Source: an uncultured Bacilli bacterium
Lineage (GTDB): Bacteria; Bacillota_I; Bacilli_A; RF39; UBA660
Length of the DNA stretch: 64,000 nt
Assembly: GCA_947629205.1 (NCBI GenBank)
Contig: CANRCV010000003.1
Span: forward strand, 1,303 to 65,302
Direction: 5' to 3'
Shown: in pieces, positions 19,019 to 27,451 of the stretch
Layout: each line of letters opens with the position of its first letter
How positions within the stretch are numbered: position 1 is the stretch's first letter
Translations under genes and position numbers: made by a program
Notes under the pieces: model-generated
The model's input: only the letters and a program-made list of their open reading frames with translations
The model's database searches: none
What the model was told of the DNA's origin: nothing

Positions 19019-19871
19019 TATTATTGAACAAATGTTAGAAAAATATGAAATCAAAAATAGTAATGATGAATTAAATGCCTTAAAAGAAATCATTCAAGAA
19101 ATTGTATTGTCAGGCTTGTCACGAAGTGGTTTTTTTGATGAGGCTGCCTTTTATGGTGGAACAGCATTAAGAATTTTTTATAATTTAAATCGTTTTTCTG
19201 AAGATTTAGATTTTGCTTTACTATCACCAAATACAAATTTTGATTTAAGTAAATATTTTATTTCTATCGAGAAAGAATTAAAAGCGTATGGTTTAAATTT
19301 AGAAATTCATCCAAAAATAAAAAATAAAGATTCTAATATTACCTCTGCTTTTCTAAAAGGGGATACTTTAGAACATATTTTAAAATTTTTCCCTAAGGAA
19401 GAAACAAGACAATTTGATCACTTACTTAAAGATATCAAAATTAAATTTGAGGTGGACATAAACCCTCCACAGGGAGCAAATTATAAGATAGAATATAAGT
19501 TATTGCCAAGTCCACATCAAATTCGTCTTTATGATAAGGAATCTTTGTTTGCTGGTAAAATCCACGCTATTTTATGTCGAAATTGGATTTCTAGAACAAA
19601 AGGTAGAGATTTATATGATTATGTATTCTTTATGGCAACAAATACAAAAGTAAATTTAGAATTATTAAAAAATAAATTAATTGAATCTAGCTATATAAAA
19701 GAAAACGAAGAGTTTGATATTGAAAAATTGAAAGGACTATTGACTAAAAAATTTCAAGAAATTAATTATAATGATGCTAAAAATGATGTATTTCCATTTA
19801 TTAAAGATGTGGATAGTCTTAAAGTATGGAATAGTGAATTTTTTATTCATATTACAGAAAAATTACAATAA
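19011..19871 (+). CDS. AbiEii/AbiGii-family nucleotidyltransferase toxin (DUF1814)
   Basis: FYGGTALRIFYNLNRFSEDLDF is the hallmark N-terminal motif of the AbiEii NTase family. 286 aa. Confidence 0.7.
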   Translation: MNNIIEQMLEKYEIKNSNDELNALKEIIQEIVLSGLSRSGFFDEAAFYGGTALRIFYNLNRFSEDLDFALLSPNTNFDLSKYFISIEKELKAYGLNLEIHPKIKNKDSNITSAFLKGDTLEHILKFFPKEETRQFDHLLKDIKIKFEVDINPPQGANYKIEYKLLPSPHQIRLYDKESLFAGKIHAILCRNWISRTKGRDLYDYVFFMATNTKVNLELLKNKLIESSYIKENEEFDIEKLKGLLTKKFQEINYNDAKNDVFPFIKDVDSLKVWNSEFFIHITEKLQ

Positions 19872-19890
19872 TATTGCATCTGCTTGTTGA

Positions 19891-19925
19891 CAAAATGCTA
19901 TATTCAAAAAGAATATAGCATTTTG
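19891..19925. promoter_or_regulatory. perfect 15-bp inverted repeat (caaaatgctatattc-aaaaa-gaatatagcattttg) downstream of the AbiE operon, overlapping a TTGACA box; terminator or operator
   Basis: Read directly. TTGACA at 19887-19892. An extended -10 TGtTATAAT at 19943-19951 lies ahead of the GT2 gene. Confidence 0.5.
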
Positions 19926-19989
19926 CTTCCTTTTCTATTAAGTGTTATAATAGCAAGTAAGAGTAATAAAAAAGATAAGTGGGTGTCAT

Positions 19990-20841
19990 ATGAAAAATGC
20001 CATTATTATTTTAAATTACAATGATTGGGAAAATACCAAATTATTAGTGCAAGATATTAAGGGGTATAAAACATTAAATTATATAGTGATTGTTGATAAT
20101 AAAAGTACAGATGATTCTCTAGAAAAATTAAAGGTATTAGAAAATGATAAAATTATTTTACTAGAAGCCAAAGAAAATAAAGGCTATGCAGCAGGAAATA
20201 ATATTGGCATTCAATATGCCATAGAAAAATTAAAAGTGGAGAATATTATTATTAGTAATCCTGATATTATTGTAAGAGAAAAAGATTTAGAGGTTTTACT
20301 TAGTGATTTAGAAAAGGAAAATGTTTCTGTTATTGCTCCTGTTGTAGTAGAACCAATGGGAATTTCTCGTGGTTGGCATCTTCCTACATTTTTATCAGAA
20401 CTTTTTGCTAACATTCCTTTTATAAAAAGATTTGAATTTTCAATTCTTGCTTATCCCAAAGACAATTATAAAACAGATTTAACAAAAGTAGATGTTGTAA
20501 AAGGATGTTTTTTTATAATAAAAAAAGAAGCTTTAGAAGCAGTTGGTTATTTTGATGAACATACTTTTTTATATTATGAAGAAATTATTTTAGCTAAAAA
20601 ATTAAAAGATTTAGGGTATACTACTTATGTAGATAATCGCGTGAGTGTAAAACATGCTTTAGATCAAAGTATTTCAAAAAGTGTAAGAAGAATAGATAAA
20701 TTTAAATTATTAAAAGAAAGTCAACTTTATTATGAAAAAGAAATAGTAAAAAGAAATGTTTTTGCCATTCTTATATTAAGAATATGTGCTTATTTTTATC
20801 TATTTGGATTGCAAATAGAAAACATTTTTAGAAAGAATTAA
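19990..20841 (+). CDS. GT2-family glycosyltransferase
   Basis: ILNYNDWENT...VDNKSTDDS...DIIVRE with a DxD region. 283 aa. Confidence 0.75.
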   Translation: MKNAIIILNYNDWENTKLLVQDIKGYKTLNYIVIVDNKSTDDSLEKLKVLENDKIILLEAKENKGYAAGNNIGIQYAIEKLKVENIIISNPDIIVREKDLEVLLSDLEKENVSVIAPVVVEPMGISRGWHLPTFLSELFANIPFIKRFEFSILAYPKDNYKTDLTKVDVVKGCFFIIKKEALEAVGYFDEHTFLYYEEIILAKKLKDLGYTTYVDNRVSVKHALDQSISKSVRRIDKFKLLKESQLYYEKEIVKRNVFAILILRICAYFYLFGLQIENIFRKN

Positions 20842-20853
20842 TGCTCAAAAATA

Positions 20854-20945
20854 AAAAAGTGGGTGCAAAAAGGTGTAAATTTCATCAAAAAGTGGGTGCA
20901 AAAAGGTGTAAATTTCATCAAAAAGTGGGTGCAAAAAGGTGTAAA
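20854..20945. repeat. 2.8 tandem copies of a 33-bp direct repeat (aaaaagtgggtgcaaaaaggtgtaaatttcatc)
   Basis: Copies at 20854-20886, 20887-20919 and a partial copy from 20920. They are contiguous, with no spacers. Confidence 0.85.
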
Positions 20946-20997
20946 AATTGCAATAATTGTTGCAATTTTGTCACAAATAATATATACTATTTGTGAC
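20945..20997. promoter_or_regulatory. two palindromes upstream of AAA-ATPase gene 1: aaattgcaa-taattg-ttgcaattt and gtcacaaata-atatatac-tatttgtgac (10-bp arms); operator-like sites around a TATACT -10-like element
   Basis: Base-by-base check of 20945-20968 and 20970-20997. Confidence 0.55.
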
Positions 20998-21050
20998 GAA
21001 GATAATACAATATTGTGCTTAATTAGCTTATTTTAGGAGAAAAAGAAAAA

Positions 21051-22361
21051 ATGAAAAGAAAAATATATGAAGATTTAATGAATTGGAAGGAAGATAATAG
21101 TTTTAAACCCTTAATTGTTTTAGGAGTAAGACAATGTGGAAAAACCTATATAATTGATGAATTTTGTAAAAATGAATTTAAAAGTTACAAAAAAATTAAT
21201 TTATTATATGATACAGATGTTATTAAATTATACACATCAAATGATCCATCAGAAAAAAAATATAATGCTTTAAAAATGTTAATTGATTTTGATTTTGACC
21301 AAGAAAATAGTGTATTATTTATTGATGAAATTCAAGAATGTGAAGAATTAATCTCTGAATTAAAATTTTTTAATGAAAAACATAGTAATGTGCGTATTAT
21401 ATGTGCAGGCTCTTTGCTTGGTGTAAAATTAGCCAGGTTTAAGAAATCGTTTCCAGTAGGAAAAATAAATATATTAAATATGTATCCTATGGATTTTGAG
21501 GAATTTATGATTGCTTTTAATCAACAACCTCTTTTAGATAAAATAAGAGAATGCTTTCAAAAAGATGAGCCAATGGGAGTTCTTCACAAAATAGCCATAG
21601 ATTATTATAAAAAATATTTATTATCAGGTGGAATGCCAGAAAGTATAAAAGCATTAATCGATTGTCAAGAAGATTATTATAATTATGATTTATCAAAGTT
21701 AGATAATATTATTGAAGGCTATAAAAATGATATGAGTCATCATGTTACTAATTCAAACGAAACTTTAAAAATTAGAAATATTTATAGTTCTTTACCTTCA
21801 CAACTTCAAAATGTATCTAAAAAATTCCAATATTCTGTTATTAATACAGAAGCCAAATCAAGAGAGTATGCTTTACCTTTACATTGGTTAGTAGAAAGTG
21901 AAATGGTTCAAATTTGTAAATGTGTTAAATTACCAGAAATACCTTTATTAGGTTTTGTAGATAACGAGGTTTTTAAAGTTTACTATTCAGATGTTGGCGT
22001 TTTTAATCGATTAGTCAATAATAATGCAAAAACAATTCTTCTTGATGATATGAAAATATATAAAGGCATTATTACTGAAAATTATGTTGCAAATCAGTTA
22101 GCTGCTAAGGAAATTGATTTATTGTATTGGAAAGGCAAAAGAGATGCTGAGGTTGATTTCTTAATTACAACTGCAAATGATGGAGTTATTCCTATTGAGG
22201 TGAAAGCAGAAGAGCATACACAATCCAAAAGTTTAAAAATATATGATGAATTATACCATCCAAACTATATGATTAGAATTAGTTCTAAAGATTTTGGTTT
22301 TGCTAATAATATTAAATCAGTTCCATTATATGCTGTTTTTTGTATTGATTCAATACTATAA
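21051..22361 (+). CDS. AAA+ ATPase of the AAA_14/DUF4143 family (ATP-binding protein, function unknown)
   Basis: Walker A GVRQCGKTY, Walker B VLFIDEIQ, and a C-terminal DUF4143-like region. SD AGGAGA upstream. Confidence 0.7.
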   Translation: MKRKIYEDLMNWKEDNSFKPLIVLGVRQCGKTYIIDEFCKNEFKSYKKINLLYDTDVIKLYTSNDPSEKKYNALKMLIDFDFDQENSVLFIDEIQECEELISELKFFNEKHSNVRIICAGSLLGVKLARFKKSFPVGKINILNMYPMDFEEFMIAFNQQPLLDKIRECFQKDEPMGVLHKIAIDYYKKYLLSGGMPESIKALIDCQEDYYNYDLSKLDNIIEGYKNDMSHHVTNSNETLKIRNIYSSLPSQLQNVSKKFQYSVINTEAKSREYALPLHWLVESEMVQICKCVKLPEIPLLGFVDNEVFKVYYSDVGVFNRLVNNNAKTILLDDMKIYKGIITENYVANQLAAKEIDLLYWKGKRDAEVDFLITTANDGVIPIEVKAEEHTQSKSLKIYDELYHPNYMIRISSKDFGFANNIKSVPLYAVFCIDSIL

Positions 22362-22373
22362 GGAGATATAAAA

Positions 22374-23528
22374 ATGAAAAATATAATCATTATTGGTGCA
22401 AGAGGGTATCAATTTAATTATGGTGGATGGGAAACTTTTGTTACAAATTTAATTCAAAATTATAATGATAAATCGGTTCAATTTCATATACCAGAACTTA
22501 ATCACAATAAAAAAGAAAATAAAAGTATTCTTAATAAAGATGGTGTTTCCTGTTTGCAAATTTATGTTCCAAAAATAGGATTTGTCACTATGTTTCTCTA
22601 TGCTATAAAAGCCTTAAAATATTTAAAAGAATATATAAAGAAGAATCAATTAGAAAATGTAGTTGTCTATGTTTTAGGATGTCGTGTAGGGCCTTTTTAT
22701 CCTTTTTTAATACATTCTTTAAAAAAACAAGGAATACCCATTTATTTAAATCCTGATGGCTTAGAATGGATGCGAGATAAATGGGCATGGTGGATTAAAG
22801 AATGTTTTAAAATTAGTGAATCGTGTATGGTTAAACATAGTGATTATATTGTTTGTGATAGCAAAGCTATCCAAAATTATATTGATAACAAATATAAAAA
22901 ATATAAGAAAAAAACCTATTTTATTCCCTATGGTGCTTATTTAAATGAAAAAGAAGAAAAAACAGAACTTGTTAAAAATATTCTAAAACAATATAACATA
23001 AAAGAAAATAATTACTATTTAATGGTTGGAAGATTTGTACCTGAAAATAATTACGAACTTGTGATTCGTGAATTTATGTCTTCCAATACAGAAAAAGATT
23101 TAGTAATTATTTCAAATGTAAAAGAAAATAAATTTTATAAACAATTAGAACAAAAAACAAACTTTTTAGGAGATAAAAGAATTAAGTTTATTGGTCCAGT
23201 TTATGATCATCCGTCTTTACTTTATTTTCGAAAAAATGCTTATGCATATATTCATGGTCATAGTGCTGGAGGTACAAATCCTAGTTTATTAGAAAGCCTG
23301 GCAACAACAAAAGTAAATCTTTTATATCATGCGGTTTATAATGTTGAGGTAGGAATGATGTCTTCTCTTTATTTTAGTAAAAGAAAAAATGATTTAAAAA
23401 GTATGATTGAAAAGTGTGACACTTTTGATGCTTCTACCATAAAAAAGTATGAAAAACTCGCTAAAGATCGCATCAAAAGCACTTACACTTGGCAATTAGT
23501 TGTGGAAGAATATAAAAAAATTTGGTAG
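22374..23528 (+). CDS. DUF1972 + GT1-fold (GT4) glycosyltransferase, RgpA/WchF-like (rhamnosyltransferase-type)
   Basis: N-terminal IIIIGARGYQFNYGGWETFV is typical of DUF1972 as found in RgpA/WchF. C-terminal GT4 domain. Confidence 0.7.
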   Translation: MKNIIIIGARGYQFNYGGWETFVTNLIQNYNDKSVQFHIPELNHNKKENKSILNKDGVSCLQIYVPKIGFVTMFLYAIKALKYLKEYIKKNQLENVVVYVLGCRVGPFYPFLIHSLKKQGIPIYLNPDGLEWMRDKWAWWIKECFKISESCMVKHSDYIVCDSKAIQNYIDNKYKKYKKKTYFIPYGAYLNEKEEKTELVKNILKQYNIKENNYYLMVGRFVPENNYELVIREFMSSNTEKDLVIISNVKENKFYKQLEQKTNFLGDKRIKFIGPVYDHPSLLYFRKNAYAYIHGHSAGGTNPSLLESLATTKVNLLYHAVYNVEVGMMSSLYFSKRKNDLKSMIEKCDTFDASTIKKYEKLAKDRIKSTYTWQLVVEEYKKIW

Positions 23529-23533
23529 TTTTT

Positions 23534-23660
23534 AAAAAGTCCTTCAATTTTCGTGAAGGTAAGCACAAAAAGTCCTTTGATTTTCGTGAAGGTAAGTACA
23601 AAAAGTCCTTCGATTTTCGTGAAGATAAGTGCAAAAAGTCCTTCAATTTTCGTGAAGAAA
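23534..23660. repeat. 3.8 tandem copies of a second 33-bp direct repeat (aaaaagtccttcaattttcgtgaaggtaagcac), each with an internal 6-bp inverted repeat ccttca/tgaagg
   Basis: Copies at 23534-66, 23567-99, 23600-32 and a partial copy 23633-~60, with point variants (c/t, a/g). Confidence 0.85.
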
Positions 23661-23692
23661 AGATGAAAATAGCTTTATTTTTTGGGCAATTA

Positions 23693-23701
23693 TGGTATAA
23701 T
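23693..23701 (+). promoter_or_regulatory. extended -10 promoter element TGGTATAAT ahead of AAA-ATPase gene 2, followed by SD AGGTGA
   Basis: tatggtataat read directly. taggtga lies 7 nt before the ATG at 23719. Confidence 0.5.
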
Positions 23702-23718
23702 AATAATAGGTGATTTCA

Positions 23719-25041
23719 ATGAAAAGAAAAATATATCAAGAATTATTGAATTGGAAAGAAGGAAAAATAGAGAATAAACCTTTGATGCTTTTAGGAGTAA
23801 GGCAATGTGGTAAAACTTATATTATTGAAGAATTTTGTAAAAATGAATTTAAATATGCTAAGACGATCAATTTGTTAAGTGATACAAATGTTATAGAATT
23901 ATATCGAAGTAATCTTACATCTGATGAAAAATATGTTCAATTGAAATTAATCATTAATTTTGATTTGGATAAAGAAGATTCTGTTCTTTTTATTGATGAA
24001 ATTCAAGAATGCGAAGAATTAATTGCTGAATTAAAATATTTTTGTGAAAAGCATAATAATGTTCACATTATTTGTGCTGGTTCTTTACTAGGAGTGAAAT
24101 TAAATCGCCTGAAATCATCTTTTCCCGTTGGAAAAGTGTGGATACAATATTTATATCCAATGGATTTCGAAGAATTTTTAATGGCATATAAACAAGAAAA
24201 TTTAATTGATTATATTAAAGAATGTTTTAATAAAAATAAGGCATTAAGTGAACCTTTACATCAAAAACTAATAATGCTTTATAGAACCTATTTAATTACT
24301 GGAGGAATGCCAGAGAGCATTAAAAATATGATAATCAATGAAGATGATTATATAAAATATAATAAAAATATTTTACAAAGTATTTTAATTGCTTATATAA
24401 ATGATATGCAAAAACATGTTTTAAATGAACAAGAATCTTTTAAAATAGAAGCTATTTATAAGTCACTTCCTTCTCAATTAATGAATATTTCAAAAAAATT
24501 TCAATATTCAAATGTTTCAAAAAATGCAAGAGCAAGAGATTATGAAACAGCTATTCATTGGTTAGAAAATAGTAATTTAGTTATTAAATGTAGAAATATA
24601 CGATTACCTGAAATTCCTTTGGAAGGCTTTGCTGAAGAAGATGTATTTAAACTCTATTTAAGTGATGTAGGGGTTCTTAATAAATTATTGATAATCAAAA
24701 TGGAAGATATTTTAACGAATAAAAATTTTATATACAAAGGAATTATTGCGGAAAACTTTGTTGCCAATCAATTAGTTGCTAATAATATTCCACTATATTA
24801 TTGGAAAAATGGGGATGGTACTGCAGAGGTAGATTTTTTAATTGATACAAAAGATGGTATAATTCCCATTGAGGTAAAAGCTTCCAATAATACGCAATCC
24901 AAAAGTTTAAAAGTATATATGGATAAATACAAACCAAAATATGCAATAAGAATAAGTAGCAAAAATTTTGGTTATAATGAAAAAACCAATGTTAAATCTA
25001 TTCCACTTTATGCTACATTTTTAATTAAAGAAATTGTATAG
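23719..25041 (+). CDS. AAA+ ATPase of the AAA_14/DUF4143 family, paralog of 21051-22361
   Basis: Track ORF starts at GTG 23710. The ATG at 23719 aligns with the paralog start MKRKIY. Same Walker A/B motifs. About 55% identity to the first copy by eye. Confidence 0.7.
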   Translation: MKRKIYQELLNWKEGKIENKPLMLLGVRQCGKTYIIEEFCKNEFKYAKTINLLSDTNVIELYRSNLTSDEKYVQLKLIINFDLDKEDSVLFIDEIQECEELIAELKYFCEKHNNVHIICAGSLLGVKLNRLKSSFPVGKVWIQYLYPMDFEEFLMAYKQENLIDYIKECFNKNKALSEPLHQKLIMLYRTYLITGGMPESIKNMIINEDDYIKYNKNILQSILIAYINDMQKHVLNEQESFKIEAIYKSLPSQLMNISKKFQYSNVSKNARARDYETAIHWLENSNLVIKCRNIRLPEIPLEGFAEEDVFKLYLSDVGVLNKLLIIKMEDILTNKNFIYKGIIAENFVANQLVANNIPLYYWKNGDGTAEVDFLIDTKDGIIPIEVKASNNTQSKSLKVYMDKYKPKYAIRISSKNFGYNEKTNVKSIPLYATFLIKEIV

Positions 25042-25105
25042 AAAATAGACATTAATAAAACAATTTGGTAGAATAAATAAAGAAACAGGTTTAGGAGGAA
25101 TCGTC

Positions 25106-25834
25106 ATGGATGAATTAGCAATTGAGGTCAAAAATGTAACAAAAAATTTTAAGTTATATTATGATAAACCAAGTACTCTAAAAGAAAGACTTGTTTTTTG
25201 GAATAAGAAAAAAGCAGATGTTCATGTTGTTTTAGAAAATGTATCTTTAAATATAAAAAAAGGAGAGAGTGTTGCTTTAATTGGGGTAAATGGTAGTGGG
25301 AAATCAACTTTATTAAAATTAATGACTAAAATTATTTATCCCAATGCTGGTAAAATTGTTACACATGGAAAACTTACCTCTTTACTAGAATTAGGAGCAG
25401 GTTTTCATCCTGATTTTACGGGACGTGAAAATATTTATTTTAATGCTGCTATTTTTGGTTTAACAAAAGCTGAAATTGATAAACGTTTAGAGGAAATTAT
25501 TGCTTTTTCTGAACTTGGAGAGTTTATCGATAGTCCTGTTCGAACTTATTCATCTGGTATGTATATGCGACTTGCTTTTTCTGTTGCTATAAACGTTGAT
25601 GCTGAAATTCTTTTAATTGATGAAATCTTGGCTGTTGGAGATCAACATTTTCAAGATAAATGTTTTCAAAAACTAAAAGATTTAAAAGAGAGTGGTAAAA
25701 CAATTGTTATTGTTAGTCATAGTTTAGATGCTGTTCGTAAACTTTGTAATCGTGCTATATGGATTCATGAAGGTAAAATAAAAATGGATGGAGATACATC
25801 TGTATTTGATGAATATATAAAGGTGTGTGGTTAA
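25106..25834 (+). CDS. ABC transporter ATP-binding protein, polysaccharide/teichoic-acid export type (TagH/Wzt/RgpD-like)
   Basis: Walker A GVNGSGKST, signature YSSGMYMRLAF, Walker B ILLIDE. Confidence 0.85.
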   Translation: MDELAIEVKNVTKNFKLYYDKPSTLKERLVFWNKKKADVHVVLENVSLNIKKGESVALIGVNGSGKSTLLKLMTKIIYPNAGKIVTHGKLTSLLELGAGFHPDFTGRENIYFNAAIFGLTKAEIDKRLEEIIAFSELGEFIDSPVRTYSSGMYMRLAFSVAINVDAEILLIDEILAVGDQHFQDKCFQKLKDLKESGKTIVIVSHSLDAVRKLCNRAIWIHEGKIKMDGDTSVFDEYIKVCG

Positions 25835-26606
25835 AATGTTTAAAGAACTTTATAATTATCGTGAACTATTAAAAACCAATGTTAAAAAAGATATTCGAGG
25901 AAAGTATAAGGGTTCTTTTTTAGGGGTTTTATGGTCTTTTGTAAATCCTCTTTTAATGACTTTGGTTTATGCTATTGTTTTTCCAATATTAATGCGTAGT
26001 ACTGAACCTCATTATGTTACTTTTATTGTTGTAGGAATTCTTCCTTGGACTTGGTTTACGAATTGTATAGCTCTTGGTACAACAACCATTTTAGCAAATG
26101 CTGGCGTTATTAAAAAAGTATATTTTCCTCGTGAAATTTTACCTATTTCGGTAGTGACAAGTGGTATGATTAATTTTTTAATTTCTTGTTTGATTATTTT
26201 ATTATTCTTACTTTTTTCAAAAATAGGTTTTAGTATTTATATTTTATTTTTACCTCTTATTATACTAGCCCAATATTTACTTTCTTTAGGTATTATTTTG
26301 ATTACAAGTGCTATTGATATTTATATTCGAGATTTAGAATATATTATTAATTTCTTTGTTAGTATGCTATTTTATGCAACTCCTATTTTATATTCTCCAA
26401 GTATGTTTCAAAATACCCCTTTTGCTCTTTTATTTAAAATTAATCCTCTAGCTATTATTATTAGTTCTTATCGCGATATTTTTTATTATAAAACAATGCC
26501 TGATTTAGGGGTTTTAACAATTGTTATTCTTGGATGTATTCTATTTTGTTCTTTTGCTTACTATATATTTAAAAAGTTGGCAAAAGGATTTGCGGAGGAG
26601 GTGTAA
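25827..26606 (+). CDS. ABC-2 type permease (TagG/Wzm/RgpC-like)
   Basis: 6-TM ABC-2 permease pattern. 8-nt overlap with the ATPase gene. Confidence 0.8.
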   Translation: MVKMFKELYNYRELLKTNVKKDIRGKYKGSFLGVLWSFVNPLLMTLVYAIVFPILMRSTEPHYVTFIVVGILPWTWFTNCIALGTTTILANAGVIKKVYFPREILPISVVTSGMINFLISCLIILLFLLFSKIGFSIYILFLPLIILAQYLLSLGIILITSAIDIYIRDLEYIINFFVSMLFYATPILYSPSMFQNTPFALLFKINPLAIIISSYRDIFYYKTMPDLGVLTIVILGCILFCSFAYYIFKKLAKGFAEEV

Positions 26607-26608
26607 AT

Positions 26609-27451
26609 TTGATTGCATTTGTTGTACTACATTATAAGAATTTGGATGATACAATAGCTTGTGTGGAATCATTAAAAAAAATAAAAGGTAATAAAAAGAT
26701 TATCGTTGTAGATAACCATTCTTTAAATGAAGAAACACAAAAAGTATTAGAAAGCAAAGTAAATGATGTGATTGTACTTGATGAAAATATTGGTTTTGCT
26801 AAAGCTAATAATATTGGAATTCAATTTGCAAAAGAAAAATATAATCCAAAATTTGTAATGGTCTTAAATAGCGATACAGAAATTCAACAAATTGACTTTG
26901 TCGATCGCGTAAAAAAAAATGCTCAAAAGTACAAATTTGACCTTTTAGGGGGCAAAATTATTACAAAAGGGGATTCTTGTAACCCTTTTCCTGCCCTTGA
27001 TTCAAAAGAAAAAGTAATGAAGGAAATAAAACGTGCCCATAAATTAATTACGATTTATGAGCACCCTTTCTTATTTTTTCTTTTGAACATTTATATGAAA
27101 ATAAAACATATTTTTAAAAAACCAAAAAAAATGGAAAATGGAAAACGACTTTGTAAAAATGTGCCTTTACATGGTTGTGCTATTCTATTTTCTAAACAAT
27201 ATTTAGATAAATATGAAGATGCTTTTATTAATGATACCTTTTTATTTCATGAAGAAGATTTTCTTTATGAACGAATAAAAAAAGATCATTTACTGACGAT
27301 TTATGATCCAAAAATAGAAGTTATTCATAAAGAAGGTTCTTCTTTAAATAAAACATTTAAAAATGAAAGAAAAAAGAAATTATTTCGAGAAACAGAAAGG
27401 TTAAAATCACTAAAATTATTACTTGAATATATTCAGGAGGGAAAAGAATGA
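26609..27451 (+). CDS. GT2-family glycosyltransferase
   Basis: VVLHYKN...VVDNHS N-terminal GT2 signature, plus DxD. Confidence 0.7.
   Translation: MIAFVVLHYKNLDDTIACVESLKKIKGNKKIIVVDNHSLNEETQKVLESKVNDVIVLDENIGFAKANNIGIQFAKEKYNPKFVMVLNSDTEIQQIDFVDRVKKNAQKYKFDLLGGKIITKGDSCNPFPALDSKEKVMKEIKRAHKLITIYEHPFLFFLLNIYMKIKHIFKKPKKMENGKRLCKNVPLHGCAILFSKQYLDKYEDAFINDTFLFHEEDFLYERIKKDHLLTIYDPKIEVIHKEGSSLNKTFKNERKKKLFRETERLKSLKLLLEYIQEGKE

Noticed and set aside
20854-20945. Possible CRISPR array (33-bp repeats), and likewise 23534-23660
   Set aside because: Repeat units are directly contiguous with no intervening unique spacers. Copies carry point variants. No cas genes are present. These are tandem direct repeats (iteron-like), not CRISPR.
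23522-23713. 63-aa ORF encoding KKSF(N/D)FREGK repeats
   Set aside because: It is a read-through of the 33-bp (11-codon) tandem repeat in one frame. It overlaps the end of the transferase gene and the start of the ATPase gene, and has no RBS. Most likely a translation artefact of the repeat array.
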